A DNA stretch of 64,000 nt from a virus (Duplodnaviria; Caudoviricetes). Shown one piece after another: positions 37,432 through 47,453 of the stretch. Position numbers and translations under genes: made by a program. Within the stretch, counting starts at the first letter, position 1. Every line of letters starts with the position of its first letter. The notes under the pieces are model-generated. The model saw nothing but the letters and a program-made list of their open reading frames with translations. It ran no database searches and was not told where the DNA came from. The stretch covers positions 1 through 64,000 of the IMG/VR virus record IMGVR_UViG_3300013212_000088. One strand, given 5' to 3'.

Positions 37432-40416
37432 TTAATATTCTTCTAAAAGACATTGGATTATAAAATTAGCATGAGCAGAATCGACAGCAGTATAATTAAC
37501 TCTTATTCTGTCTCCTGTTGCTGCAGTTCCATAACCAGAAGCAAAAGTTATCCAAGAAGTTTCACCAATACCACCTATAATTGAAAGATCTGCAGACATT
37601 ACATTTGTAGAGCTACCCGGTGATGATAAATTAAATCCTGAGTATGCTGTATGAGATCCAATACTTTTTTCTAACCTAATAGTGCTTGTACCAGATGATG
37701 TAACCCCTACTCCTAATACAATTTTTCTTATATTGTAATTAGTATAAGATAAGTTTTTGCCTTCTGGAACTCTAAGAATGTTATAATCAGTGCCAATACC
37801 AACAGGCGTAAAACCAGATGCTAAAGTTAATACAACAGGCCTACTATTATTGACAGTGATTGAACCGTTTCCGTTGACTACACTGATTCCAACTCCAGCA
37901 GATAAATTAGCTTTGGTTACTGCAGCTGTAACACTATTTCCAATCAAAAGCTGCCCGTCTGTATATGTTTGCTGTCCTGTCCCGCCATAATAAGCAGTAA
38001 CAGCATTACCAGCCCAAGTACCAGATGTTATAATTCCGTCTTTGTCTATTTTAAAAGTTACCGTTGATCCATCTTTTTTGTATACTAAAGCATCACCAGA
38101 TTGTGAACCTGAAAAACCTTTAAGTTGCAATACATTATCAGAATTGACCTGAGCAGTGACAGTTAATATATTAGTACTAGTAGAATAATCAACTCCAGCG
38201 GCATCTTTTACAGAAGAACCAGCTCCAGGATAATATGAGAATCTACCTGAAACACCTACAGCTACAGTACCCGCCCCTCCAGCAGACACTGTTCCCCAAT
38301 AAGGGTCTGAACCAGGGCCATTTGTTATTAGTGCCTGTCCAGAAGTTCCTGCAGTTAATTTATTTAATTGATTACTGGAATCACCATAAAGAATATCTCC
38401 ATGGGCATATGTTGTAAATCCAGTACCACCAGATCCAAAACCATTACCGCTTGATGTTTCTACCCATTGTGGATTAGTGCCATCAAAATAATAAATATAA
38501 AGATTGCCTTCTTCAGAGTCCCACCACAAAGTTCCGTATCTTGGAGATGCTGGAGGAACAACATCTATAATTACATCTCCAACATAAGTCCAGCCTAAAC
38601 CCGCAGATCCATCAGTATATAAAACTTGCAATCCCTGCCCATCATCAGCAGGCAGGCTGTATAGAACAGAATCAGTGGCAATAGATTTAAAGCCAGTGTA
38701 TTCTGAATTATCTGAATTATATAATTTTAGTTCAGATTGGTTATATAGATTTACACCATCAAAGAATGATTTTAATCCTTTAAAGTTTTGTGTAACTGTG
38801 GAAGCCATACCAGAAACAAACTCTGACGCATATGGCAAATTAAATGTGTGTGAAGATCCAATGGAAACAATATTAAATGTATTTCCAGAAAATCCAATAT
38901 CTAATGTCTGATCTGTAAGTAGTAAACCATTTAAACTAGTTATTCCTGAACCAGAACCTGGAAATGGGTCTCCTCCAGTTCCAGCAAATGTTTCTACCCA
39001 ATAGTATTCAACACCATCATAATAGTATATAAATAAACTACCATCAGTGCTGTCGTACCAAAGATCACCCACATACGGGCTTAAAGGAGGTGTTTCTCCA
39101 ATTGAAACACCTTTATCGATCCAAGTTAAGACGCCACTACCATCTGTAGCAAGAACCTGTCCACTTGTTCCTGTTCCGTTAGGTAATGTAAATGTTGTTG
39201 ATGCTGTGGCTGCTGATTTTAATCCACTATAATAAAGGTTAGAATCTGAATAAATCCTTACTTCTTTACCGTCTCTGACTAAAAGATTGTCATAAAAACT
39301 TTTAATTCCGCCAATAGATTGAGTAGTTCCAGTAATTAAACCTGAAACACCTATACCTGCATTTGGAATATTAAATGTGTGAGATGTGCCAGTAGAAGAT
39401 ATATTAAACTTGACACCAGATTGTCCAACTACTAATGTCTGAGCAACGCTGTCAAGATTATTTAAAGAAATTATTCCAGTTGTAGCTAAACCTGAAAACC
39501 AATTTAAGCCTGTATCTGTTGAGTTGTCAGCCCCTAAAAAGTAATTATTTGATCCAACAGGTAAAACAATTAGTGTTCCGCCTAATCCAACTAAAATATC
39601 GCCTTTTGTATAGCTTGTAAAACCTGTACCACCATATAATGTTTGTATGGCGTTTCCAGCCCAATCTCCAGAAGTTATAGTGCTTCCAGTGAGCGAGAAA
39701 GTGCTGTTATTTAATGTAAGTAAACTGCTACCACTATCCCAAGTAAATGAGTCAGATGAAGTGATATCATTTAAGCCAGTATAATAAGCAATTCCAGTTG
39801 TGTATCCTGTTCCTACACTCCCAGATCCAGTACCACCAGCACCAGCAGTAATTCCAAATCCGCCAACATATCTATAACCAGTAATATAATAAGGGGCTTT
39901 ATTTTTTGTTATTGTTGCTGATTGATTAGTAGTAGAAAATATTAAAATACCAGTCTGATAATCAAAATACCATTCTGAAGGATCAGTTTTTGTAATTTGA
40001 TTTCCATCTTTATCATATAATTTGATTTCATATCCTAAAGATGGAGACAAACCTAGCTGATCGTATTTATCACTAACCCAATTAAAAAGTCTGCCTGTTG
40101 CACCAGCGCCAACTAATTGGTTAGCAAAATTTTCGTTGCCAGCGCCGTTAAATATGGTAGCAAAGTATGTTAGGTCGTCTGAGACTGTAAGGTCTTTAAC
40201 TAAAGTGAGACCAGTACCGCCTGAATAATCGTAATATTGAAGAAGACCAGTAACACCAAAACCCGGAGGAACATCAGGTATTAAGTCAGCTTTAATATCA
40301 GTGTTATGAATGTCAAGAGATCTAGCCCCAATCTCTTCAAACACCTTGTTAGTAGTCCAAGTAACTCTTTTGCTACTTAACTTTTTAAAGCTAATATCTT
40401 CTTTGGACCAGGACAT
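37432..40416 (-). CDS. Large virion structural/fibre protein (994 aa)
   Basis: Two P...GDLW.DS..G.L.IYY.DG....WVE modules, SLNGL....QT modules, WAGNA....YGGTG motifs. Confidence 0.7.
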   Translation of the reverse strand: MSWSKEDISFKKLSSKRVTWTTNKVFEEIGARSLDIHNTDIKADLIPDVPPGFGVTGLLQYYDYSGGTGLTLVKDLTVSDDLTYFATIFNGAGNENFANQLVGAGATGRLFNWVSDKYDQLGLSPSLGYEIKLYDKDGNQITKTDPSEWYFDYQTGILIFSTTNQSATITKNKAPYYITGYRYVGGFGITAGAGGTGSGSVGTGYTTGIAYYTGLNDITSSDSFTWDSGSSLLTLNNSTFSLTGSTITSGDWAGNAIQTLYGGTGFTSYTKGDILVGLGGTLIVLPVGSNNYFLGADNSTDTGLNWFSGLATTGIISLNNLDSVAQTLVVGQSGVKFNISSTGTSHTFNIPNAGIGVSGLITGTTQSIGGIKSFYDNLLVRDGKEVRIYSDSNLYYSGLKSAATASTTFTLPNGTGTSGQVLATDGSGVLTWIDKGVSIGETPPLSPYVGDLWYDSTDGSLFIYYYDGVEYYWVETFAGTGGDPFPGSGSGITSLNGLLLTDQTLDIGFSGNTFNIVSIGSSHTFNLPYASEFVSGMASTVTQNFKGLKSFFDGVNLYNQSELKLYNSDNSEYTGFKSIATDSVLYSLPADDGQGLQVLYTDGSAGLGWTYVGDVIIDVVPPASPRYGTLWWDSEEGNLYIYYFDGTNPQWVETSSGNGFGSGGTGFTTYAHGDILYGDSSNQLNKLTAGTSGQALITNGPGSDPYWGTVSAGGAGTVAVGVSGRFSYYPGAGSSVKDAAGVDYSTSTNILTVTAQVNSDNVLQLKGFSGSQSGDALVYKKDGSTVTFKIDKDGIITSGTWAGNAVTAYYGGTGQQTYTDGQLLIGNSVTAAVTKANLSAGVGISVVNGNGSITVNNSRPVVLTLASGFTPVGIGTDYNILRVPEGKNLSYTNYNIRKIVLGVGVTSSGTSTIRLEKSIGSHTAYSGFNLSSPGSSTNVMSADLSIIGGIGETSWITFASGYGTAATGDRIRVNYTAVDSAHANFIIQCLLEEY

Positions 40417-40418
40417 TT

Positions 40419-42935
40419 TTAACTACTTATTATCTGGGTAATTGTTTTTGTTGAGTTTTTGTTGAATATAATAGACACTCTGTATCTATTATTATTCAAT
40501 GCGGTGCTATATGTACTTCCCAAAGACCATGCTATATTGCTGCCTGAAGTATTAGTAAGATCTTTTGCACCAATGGCTGAAGTTTTAGATATTCCAGTGC
40601 CACCCAAGCCTACTGGAATACCCAAATCAAACCAGACCTGATCTGTCTCTAAGAAAATTAATAAATTAAGACCTGTTGTTCCAGACCCTGAAGTTCCATA
40701 AGCATATAAATCACCCGAAGATATGCCTGTAAAAGCTAAAGTTCCTGATTTTGTAGCACCAACTTTGCTAAACCACCTTTGATATTCGAAAATATTATCA
40801 GTTGAATAATTATTGGCAGAACCAGACCATTGAGCATCATATTCTGATTGTATTGGAACTCTCAATGTGCCACTCCTGACTTGGGCATAAGCATTAGCAA
40901 GATTATCTAAGCTACTAAATGCCGTGCCTGATCCTGCACTATCATTTACTATTCTATAAACTTCATCTTGAAAATATTCATTATATGCGGTTGAAGTGTT
41001 ACCATATGTGTTAATATAATAATTAATAGCAGTATTTGAAGATGTTGAATTGATAACTTTAAATAGCCCCACTGTTAAATATTTATTGAATGATGATTGA
41101 TTAGAAGTATTTAAAGTTGCAGTTACATAATTTAAGCCTGATCTATCATATGTTGCATTGTATACAGGAGTACCGCTTTCTTCACCTGTCAAACTGAGAG
41201 TAACTAAGCCTGTTGCGGATATATTAGCTACTCTTGTTGCGTTGTAGCATCTGTTAAATATTCCAGAAGCAGCAATAAATGTAACCTGCCATGAAGTTCC
41301 AGATCCATAATATTTTAATCCTGATAGATATTTAAATACTTCTGTTGTTACTGTATTAGCTGGAGCAGTTGAAAAAGATGGTGTTGCTGCACCACTAACA
41401 CTATATGTATCTTTCCAAACCTCATAAAGATTTGACTCGCTAGAAGAACCTATGGAAGAAGGAGTCCATCTTAATGAGTTACCAGCATAACCATCTGTAC
41501 TTTGAGTGTATGCTTGAATATTTGTGTTAGCTTTATTCCAAATTGTATTTGTAGTACCAAGCGCAGTCACCCTCATTGTTCCAAGAGTATAAGTAGGAGT
41601 TGGATTTGTAGTTAAATCTATAAATGAAACTGCAGTACCAGAAGTATATGTAGAATCATATAAAATATGAGAAACAGTACCAAATGAAGCTGTATCTCCA
41701 GCTTTACCAGCAAAAAACTTTGTTGTTGGTGTGCTGGATAATGTTAAAGAACCAGTGACATAATATCTAGAAATTGTTGAACCAGTTGAAATACCAGCTC
41801 TATACCAATTTGCACTATTATTTGCTGCAACTTTAGCTGAATAAAATGTGGGAGAGCTTGAAATTGCTAATGTCATTCCAGACAAACCATCTGGTGCGGC
41901 TGGAGCTAATAAAGATAGCAATTCATTAATATCGTCAAAAGCATTAGCAGCAGTGGTTACACCAGGTGTCCAAGTAGTGAAATATCCATCTGTATATGTA
42001 GTATCAGTGGGAGTTCCTAAAGTATTGGATGTAGTTGGAGGAGCCCATTCCGGTTTGGTAGCTCCTGTTGCTACTGTTAATATATCTCCAGTGTTACCAA
42101 TTCCAAGCCTGTCCCAAGTAGAACCATTGTAATATAAAGTATCACCAGCAGTTTGTGATGTAATACTTAGCTGTGTTATATCAAATGTTTGAGCAGCTGC
42201 AAATGAAATTGCTTGCGTAAAAGTATTTGAACCAGTCCAGTTGAAATTGTATGATTCATCGACATATATAGTTCCAACTTCGTCAATTAAACCGCCAGTG
42301 ACAGTTATTCCAGTTCCAGGGTATATTCCTGTAACTCCAGCTCCACCAACTAACTGCCATCCTGCAGGCGTGAAAACTCTTAGTTTATTGGCTGTTGTGT
42401 CAAAGTAAACAGAACCATAACTAGAACCAAAAGAAGATTGAACACCAGCTTTGTTTGAAAATCTTAAGTATTCATTAAACTGAACATAACCAGTTACAGG
42501 TTGATTTGTTCCATCTAATCTAAGATAATTTAAATCAGCGTATCCAGCAGTAATACCAGAGCCACCACCGCCTGTAAGTGTGTTCCAACCTCCTGCGTAA
42601 TATATTTTTACTTCATTAGATACAGAATTAAAATATATTGCTCCGGTAGGTGGTGTGCCTGTAGGGTCTGTTGTTTTAGAAAGTAGTTGTAGACCGTATG
42701 TTGTGGAATTGGAAACATTAAATTGTAAGTTTCCAGTTATCGTTCCACCAGCAGTAGTAATAAAACCAGTTGAATCAAAGCCAAGAATTATATTATTAAA
42801 TTGTTTTAATAATGTGATTGGCGAGTCGGCTTGAATAGATACATCGCCACGGAATCCATTAAGGGTAGTGACAACATTATTAGCTGTCAGTGAGCCTACA
42901 ATTAATCTTGGTGGAACAATATAAAAATTAGCCAT
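40419..42935 (-). CDS. Large virion structural protein (838 aa)
   Basis: Two G.IYFN/FD....K...Y..GW modules, LGTPTDTTYTDG motif, Thr/Ser-rich. Confidence 0.65.
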   Translation of the reverse strand: MANFYIVPPRLIVGSLTANNVVTTLNGFRGDVSIQADSPITLLKQFNNIILGFDSTGFITTAGGTITGNLQFNVSNSTTYGLQLLSKTTDPTGTPPTGAIYFNSVSNEVKIYYAGGWNTLTGGGGSGITAGYADLNYLRLDGTNQPVTGYVQFNEYLRFSNKAGVQSSFGSSYGSVYFDTTANKLRVFTPAGWQLVGGAGVTGIYPGTGITVTGGLIDEVGTIYVDESYNFNWTGSNTFTQAISFAAAQTFDITQLSITSQTAGDTLYYNGSTWDRLGIGNTGDILTVATGATKPEWAPPTTSNTLGTPTDTTYTDGYFTTWTPGVTTAANAFDDINELLSLLAPAAPDGLSGMTLAISSSPTFYSAKVAANNSANWYRAGISTGSTISRYYVTGSLTLSSTPTTKFFAGKAGDTASFGTVSHILYDSTYTSGTAVSFIDLTTNPTPTYTLGTMRVTALGTTNTIWNKANTNIQAYTQSTDGYAGNSLRWTPSSIGSSSESNLYEVWKDTYSVSGAATPSFSTAPANTVTTEVFKYLSGLKYYGSGTSWQVTFIAASGIFNRCYNATRVANISATGLVTLSLTGEESGTPVYNATYDRSGLNYVTATLNTSNQSSFNKYLTVGLFKVINSTSSNTAINYYINTYGNTSTAYNEYFQDEVYRIVNDSAGSGTAFSSLDNLANAYAQVRSGTLRVPIQSEYDAQWSGSANNYSTDNIFEYQRWFSKVGATKSGTLAFTGISSGDLYAYGTSGSGTTGLNLLIFLETDQVWFDLGIPVGLGGTGISKTSAIGAKDLTNTSGSNIAWSLGSTYSTALNNNRYRVSIIFNKNSTKTITQIISS

Positions 42936-42945
42936 GTTTCAAGTT

Positions 42946-44682
42946 TTAGATTTTTTCTATTACGGCCCAAATGGTAAAATTGTCAGCTTCATACAATTCT
43001 AATGTTTTAATAAAAATCATATCTCCTGAAGTGTAACGATCTTTAGAGAATGATATAGAGCTGGATTTATTTACAAATGCGTTTACGACGATGTTATGAT
43101 ATAAAATAGAGTCATTGTTACACACCAAGTTAATTTCAATATCTTCTTTAGGTGGAGTGTGACAGTAAATATCTACTCTTTTTAATTTCCATAAATCTCC
43201 GTTCTGTGCCTTTGAACTTGTAAAAGGAACTAACAACATGAATGGATTAATACAGTTAGATTTTAAGGTTGAATTATCACAAATCTTTAAAACATGGGTT
43301 TCTTTTGTTGAAAATGTATCTGTAAGGCAAACTTCTATTCCATTTTTATTAAAGTAAAGTTCGCCATTTCTTCTAAATATTTGGTCAGTGGTTTGTGAAG
43401 AATTATCAATATCATAAATAGTTAAAGATTTTACTCTTAAACTTCCATTAACTCTTGCATTATTGAACTCGTGATTACCTTGCCAATTAAACTCAGCATC
43501 AGTATTTATGTCAAGATTTAATTCGTCTTTAATTTTTTCTGATTTAATTCTTTCGCTTGCTTGTACTTGGGAAATTGGATACTTATATGATGGTAATTGA
43601 TTTGCTCCATTAGAAATTAAAGCCTGACCAATTTCTCCAGGATTTAAAACATATAATTTATTACTATCTGAGGATTTTAATAAAACAGATCCCAAAGCAG
43701 ATGAACTTAAATCTAATCCTGAACCGCCTTTATCTAGATTTAAAATTGTAGATAAAGTTTTTGCACTTCCATTAATATTAGAATCGACAGTACTGAGTTG
43801 ATATTCCTTTTCACCCTTAAATACTAAGTTTCCATCAGATTCTTGAATGAAATTAAACTTATTTAATTGTGTTCTTAATTCATTCTTAATATCAATCTCA
43901 GACCATTGCGGAATACCATTTTTTACAGTGAGGATATGGTTTTCCAGATTTTTAGATGATATTTTGCCAAGAATGTTATCATCTGTGGCTAAAACAATAT
44001 CTCCCCTGTCAATTGTATTAAATCCCAAACCGCCTTGATTGAATGAAATTGTGCCTTTAATATTTTCAGATTCAACAGACTTATCGGTTTTTTCGCTTAC
44101 TGATTTTAAAAGATTATCAAAAGAAATTGCATATGATTTAATTTCATCATCTTCTTCTAAATCAAATGAAATACCACTTTCAGTAATTCTTAATGTAGAT
44201 GAATATTTTTTAAAGTCTTGAAGCGTTGAATTACTATCTATTCTTTTATCAACATTTTCATCAAAGTTTTTCCATAAAAACTCATCATTTTCAAAAGATA
44301 AATAAGAATCAATAACTGGAGAAAGTGTTTTTAATTTGTTGGACTTATAATACACCAATCCTTCATTAGGGTTTGTGTGCCAACCTGTACCACCATTTTT
44401 TAATTCCAAAACACCTAAAGTTTCATTAGATAAAACAAGTGGAATCCATGTAAGAGCATTCCCATCAAAATGTAGATATGTAGAAGGTATTGAAGGTTCT
44501 AATAATGAAGGTTTACCCTGTACATTTATTAATAAGGATTGGCTCTTTGTATTTGAAAAAGTGATTTGATTTAAATTGAATCTTTGGTTAGGAGAAAACC
44601 TAATTTCTTTATCGAAAATATGTTTTCCTTTCCAGTGAAAGTCTAAATTAGGGTCAAATGAGCTAGAAATATCAGGTGTCAT
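42946..44682 (-). CDS. Charged (Lys/Asn/Asp-rich) paralogue of fibre modules, ~578 aa
   Basis: Start taken at ATG 44682 (MTPDISS); motifs align by eye with the 838-aa and 994-aa neighbours. Confidence 0.7.
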   Translation of the reverse strand: MTPDISSSFDPNLDFHWKGKHIFDKEIRFSPNQRFNLNQITFSNTKSQSLLINVQGKPSLLEPSIPSTYLHFDGNALTWIPLVLSNETLGVLELKNGGTGWHTNPNEGLVYYKSNKLKTLSPVIDSYLSFENDEFLWKNFDENVDKRIDSNSTLQDFKKYSSTLRITESGISFDLEEDDEIKSYAISFDNLLKSVSEKTDKSVESENIKGTISFNQGGLGFNTIDRGDIVLATDDNILGKISSKNLENHILTVKNGIPQWSEIDIKNELRTQLNKFNFIQESDGNLVFKGEKEYQLSTVDSNINGSAKTLSTILNLDKGGSGLDLSSSALGSVLLKSSDSNKLYVLNPGEIGQALISNGANQLPSYKYPISQVQASERIKSEKIKDELNLDINTDAEFNWQGNHEFNNARVNGSLRVKSLTIYDIDNSSQTTDQIFRRNGELYFNKNGIEVCLTDTFSTKETHVLKICDNSTLKSNCINPFMLLVPFTSSKAQNGDLWKLKRVDIYCHTPPKEDIEINLVCNNDSILYHNIVVNAFVNKSSSISFSKDRYTSGDMIFIKTLELYEADNFTIWAVIEKI

Positions 44683-44864
44683 ATCAGAGTTCTTGTACAA
44701 AAAAGGGATACTTATATAGTTCTTACTGTAGGATGAAAGCCCTTTAAAGGAAGAATTATATGAGATACAGAAATGAAAAAATAACGAAAACAAAAAAAAA
44801 TGTTTTGAAAAATGTTTTCTTCGAAGAAATAAACTTATGTGTAACTTAATTAAGGAGTTTAAAA

Positions 44865-45743
44865 ATGGCCGTTAATTATCCATCATCTTTTAATAATGGT
44901 AGTGCTCCAGGGCAAAGAACAGTCAATAACGTCACTGACCGCAGAGACTTTCACTATTTCAATGCACCTAGCATTGCAACAGCAACAAACTTAACCGCAG
45001 TTGGTGCAGCTACCACTGCAGCGCTTCCTACTTCTGCATATTCCGCTGCTAATGGAACAATTACAGCTGGATCTGCTGCTACTCTTGTAGTTGATGGAGT
45101 GAATATTACTGCAGCAAACACCAGAGTATTAGTAAAGAACCAACCAGGTACTGGTATCAGTAACGGTATTTATGGCCTTTCTACAATTGGTGGAACCAAC
45201 GTACAATGGGTTCTTACAAGAACCACTGACATGAATGCTGATGCAGAAGCGTTAAGATTCTCATCAGTTTCTGTTTCAGCTGGTACAGTTAACAATGCTA
45301 CTAAGTGGTATTTATCAACTGAAGAACCAATCACTATTGGTTCTGACGCTATGGTTTGGACAGCAATGCCTACTGTTGTTAATTATCTTAGCGCTGCTAA
45401 CTACCCAACAGACGCTAATGTTGGTGTTGCTAACCTCTCAAATGCAACTGATCTTGTTGATGATTTTAGATCAATCCTCAATGTTCTTGAGTTTGAAATC
45501 AATGCAATTCAAACTTCATTTGGATCTGTAACAACATATGGCTTCCAATTTATGGCAGCTTCAAACAATCTTTCAATCAGAAACCTCAAGTCAAGAGCAG
45601 ACAAGTACGTCTTCGAGCTTAAAAGACTTAGAGAAGATATTGACAGAGTTACAACAGTTGGATTCCCAGGCAACGATATTGTTGGTATGGGTCTTACATC
45701 AGGATATCCATCTGGTAGAAACAGAGGATGGGGTCCTAACTAA
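44865..45743 (+). CDS. Structural-like protein (292 aa) with an RVLVKNQ...NGIY domain
   Basis: AAGGAG RBS, own terminator; domain shared with the giant ORF at 58737. Confidence 0.8.
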   Translation: MAVNYPSSFNNGSAPGQRTVNNVTDRRDFHYFNAPSIATATNLTAVGAATTAALPTSAYSAANGTITAGSAATLVVDGVNITAANTRVLVKNQPGTGISNGIYGLSTIGGTNVQWVLTRTTDMNADAEALRFSSVSVSAGTVNNATKWYLSTEEPITIGSDAMVWTAMPTVVNYLSAANYPTDANVGVANLSNATDLVDDFRSILNVLEFEINAIQTSFGSVTTYGFQFMAASNNLSIRNLKSRADKYVFELKRLREDIDRVTTVGFPGNDIVGMGLTSGYPSGRNRGWGPN

Positions 45744-45761
45744 TCTTAGTATTAGAAGACT

Positions 45762-45799
45762 AAAAAAGGGGAGAATCTTACGATTCTCCCCTTTTTTTT
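45762..45799. terminator. Bidirectional intrinsic terminator
   Basis: A6-GGGGAGAATC-TTAC-GATTCTCCCC-T8: perfect 10-bp stem between convergent genes. Confidence 0.9.
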
Positions 45800-46433
45800 A
45801 CCAAATTGGCCCATGTTTAAGTTTAACTCTTAAATGATTAATATCATTCATGCAAATTGTTTGAAGAACTTTCAAAACTTTACTTGAATATCTACTTTGG
45901 GTTCCAGCACCATTGTACTTTCCCCACATATATCTAAGATTTCTACTTGAACCTGTGGCTCTGTCCATTGTTGAACCTCTTCTGACAGTGTGACGCAAAT
46001 GCGTAGATAATTCTTTTGTTCCCAAAGCAATATTCCCATAAACTGTGTATGGATTATATTGTTTTTTGGGATCAATATATCTAGCAGTGGATTTTAGTAC
46101 TTGCATCATCCCAATACATGGTTTGCTTTTCATACTAAACTCACTTTCTACATAAGCGGTTGAAGCGATTATATATGGATCGACTTTATATTTCTTTCCA
46201 TAAATAAACATTGCTTCAACAATTTTTGCAATATAAGAATCAGAATATTTAGGATTCACTAATTTGATGAATCCCTTGATTTTTTTTCTTTTTGCAAGTT
46301 CTCCTTTATTCACTTTAACTTCCAAAGTTAAAGATTTTTGACTTGGTTTTGCAATTCTGATTTCTTTATGTGGCAATATGTTTGACATAGCTGCCAAAGA
46401 AAGCAAAACTACTTTAATGTATCCCATAATCAT
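45798..46433 (-). CDS. Lytic transglycosylase, SLT domain, with a hydrophobic N-terminus
   Basis: DPYIIAS.AYVES (catalytic Glu), GMMQV, N...NI..G and YNGAG motifs; AGGAG RBS. Confidence 0.85.
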   Translation of the reverse strand: MIMGYIKVVLLSLAAMSNILPHKEIRIAKPSQKSLTLEVKVNKGELAKRKKIKGFIKLVNPKYSDSYIAKIVEAMFIYGKKYKVDPYIIASTAYVESEFSMKSKPCIGMMQVLKSTARYIDPKKQYNPYTVYGNIALGTKELSTHLRHTVRRGSTMDRATGSSRNLRYMWGKYNGAGTQSRYSSKVLKVLQTICMNDINHLRVKLKHGPIW

Positions 46434-46500
46434 AGTTTCTCTCCTTTTTGGTTAACAAGCAAGGATTTACTTGAAAACTTTAGAATTATTTTAATTGTAT

Positions 46501-46529
46501 ACTATACAATAAAGGAACCGTATTGTCAA
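46501..46529 (-). promoter_or_regulatory. Sigma70-type promoter upstream of the SLT gene
   Basis: Minus strand reads TTGACA-N17-TATAGT; the -10 lies within the perfect palindrome ATTGTATA-C-TATACAAT (46494..46510). Confidence 0.7.
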
Positions 46530-46843
46530 TGCATTCAGGCATAAAGAGCTTTTTCAATTTAGGTGGAAAAGATAATAATACTCAAAAAGAGATCTGTGTT
46601 ACTTGCAAATATTTGGGCAAGTCAATAGATGTTTGTTCAATTTTACCTGGCAAATCTATAAGGTGCTCGGTATGTGGATTGCCTGTGCATAGAAGCCACC
46701 GTACTTTATTTTCTGCAGAAGCCTATGTTTGCCCCTCTTGTGTAGATAGACAGACAGGATGGAGCATGGAAAGAAGTGCTAGTAAATTGACAGATGCGGA
46801 AGTAAATAAGATCTTTGGGAATATTTTTGGAGACGACAAATGA
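46523..46843 (+). CDS. Cys-rich putative zinc-binding protein (106 aa)
   Basis: Three CxxC pairs; AAGGA 6 nt before the TTG start. Confidence 0.7.
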   Translation: MSMHSGIKSFFNLGGKDNNTQKEICVTCKYLGKSIDVCSILPGKSIRCSVCGLPVHRSHRTLFSAEAYVCPSCVDRQTGWSMERSASKLTDAEVNKIFGNIFGDDK

Positions 46844-47208
46844 CTTTAGTAGAAAAATTAATTAAACTTGCTGAAGACCTAGAAAATGAGGGTTTTATTG
46901 AAGAATCTGATCAACTAACAAATGCAGTAGAAAAAGATATTCAACAAAATCCAACCCAATTATTGATAGATAAAGATGATGAAGAAATTCACGAAACAGA
47001 AAAACCAAATCCATCTATGCCTTCAATGCCAACTCCACAACAATCAATGCCAGAACTTACAGAAAATGTTAGTCAAATAGAAGATGAACTAACCGCTGGA
47101 ATATTAGCTTTATTGGCAAAGAATAATGATTTCGTTTTAGGTGAACAAGGCGAAATAGGTAATTCTGATAATGAGTTTGTTGACGCTCTGCTTAATTTAG
47201 CATCTTAA
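46840..47208 (+). CDS. Acidic hypothetical protein (122 aa)
   Basis: ATGA overlap with the upstream gene; begins LIKLAEDLENEG...ESD. Confidence 0.75.
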   Translation: MTLVEKLIKLAEDLENEGFIEESDQLTNAVEKDIQQNPTQLLIDKDDEEIHETEKPNPSMPSMPTPQQSMPELTENVSQIEDELTAGILALLAKNNDFVLGEQGEIGNSDNEFVDALLNLAS

Positions 47209-47453
47209 TTTACTTTTGTTTTTCTATCATAATCAGCTACACATTGGGGTGGTGGAACTGTAATTCTACAATCTTCACAATGTGACTGAGTATGTACAAC
47301 CCAATCTTGCCATGTTTTTAATTGATTAGTTCTTCTCATTGAATTAGAAGACATAGGCGCATAAGCTTCATTTTTCATAAAGAAGCTTTTCCCGCAGTCA
47401 TGACACAAACAGCTAATAACTGGCATATGTTTTAAAGTCCACAATTTTATCAA
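47205..47453 (-). CDS. Small putative zinc-ribbon protein (true start possibly ATG 47426)
   Basis: CxCxxC and CxxC motifs. Confidence 0.6.
   Translation of the reverse strand: MIKLWTLKHMPVISCLCHDCGKSFFMKNEAYAPMSSNSMRRTNQLKTWQDWVVHTQSHCEDCRITVPPPQCVADYDRKTKVN

Noticed and set aside
20745-44741. Shared 12-mer AGGATGAAAGCC in two non-coding gaps (20745..20756 and 44730..44741), each able to form a weak GAAA hairpin
   Set aside because: Only two copies, a weak stem and no ribozyme or riboswitch core; plausible by chance.
44683-44793. N-terminal extension of the 615-aa ORF
   Set aside because: TTG start within an A/T-rich divergent intergenic region; homology begins after ATG 44682.
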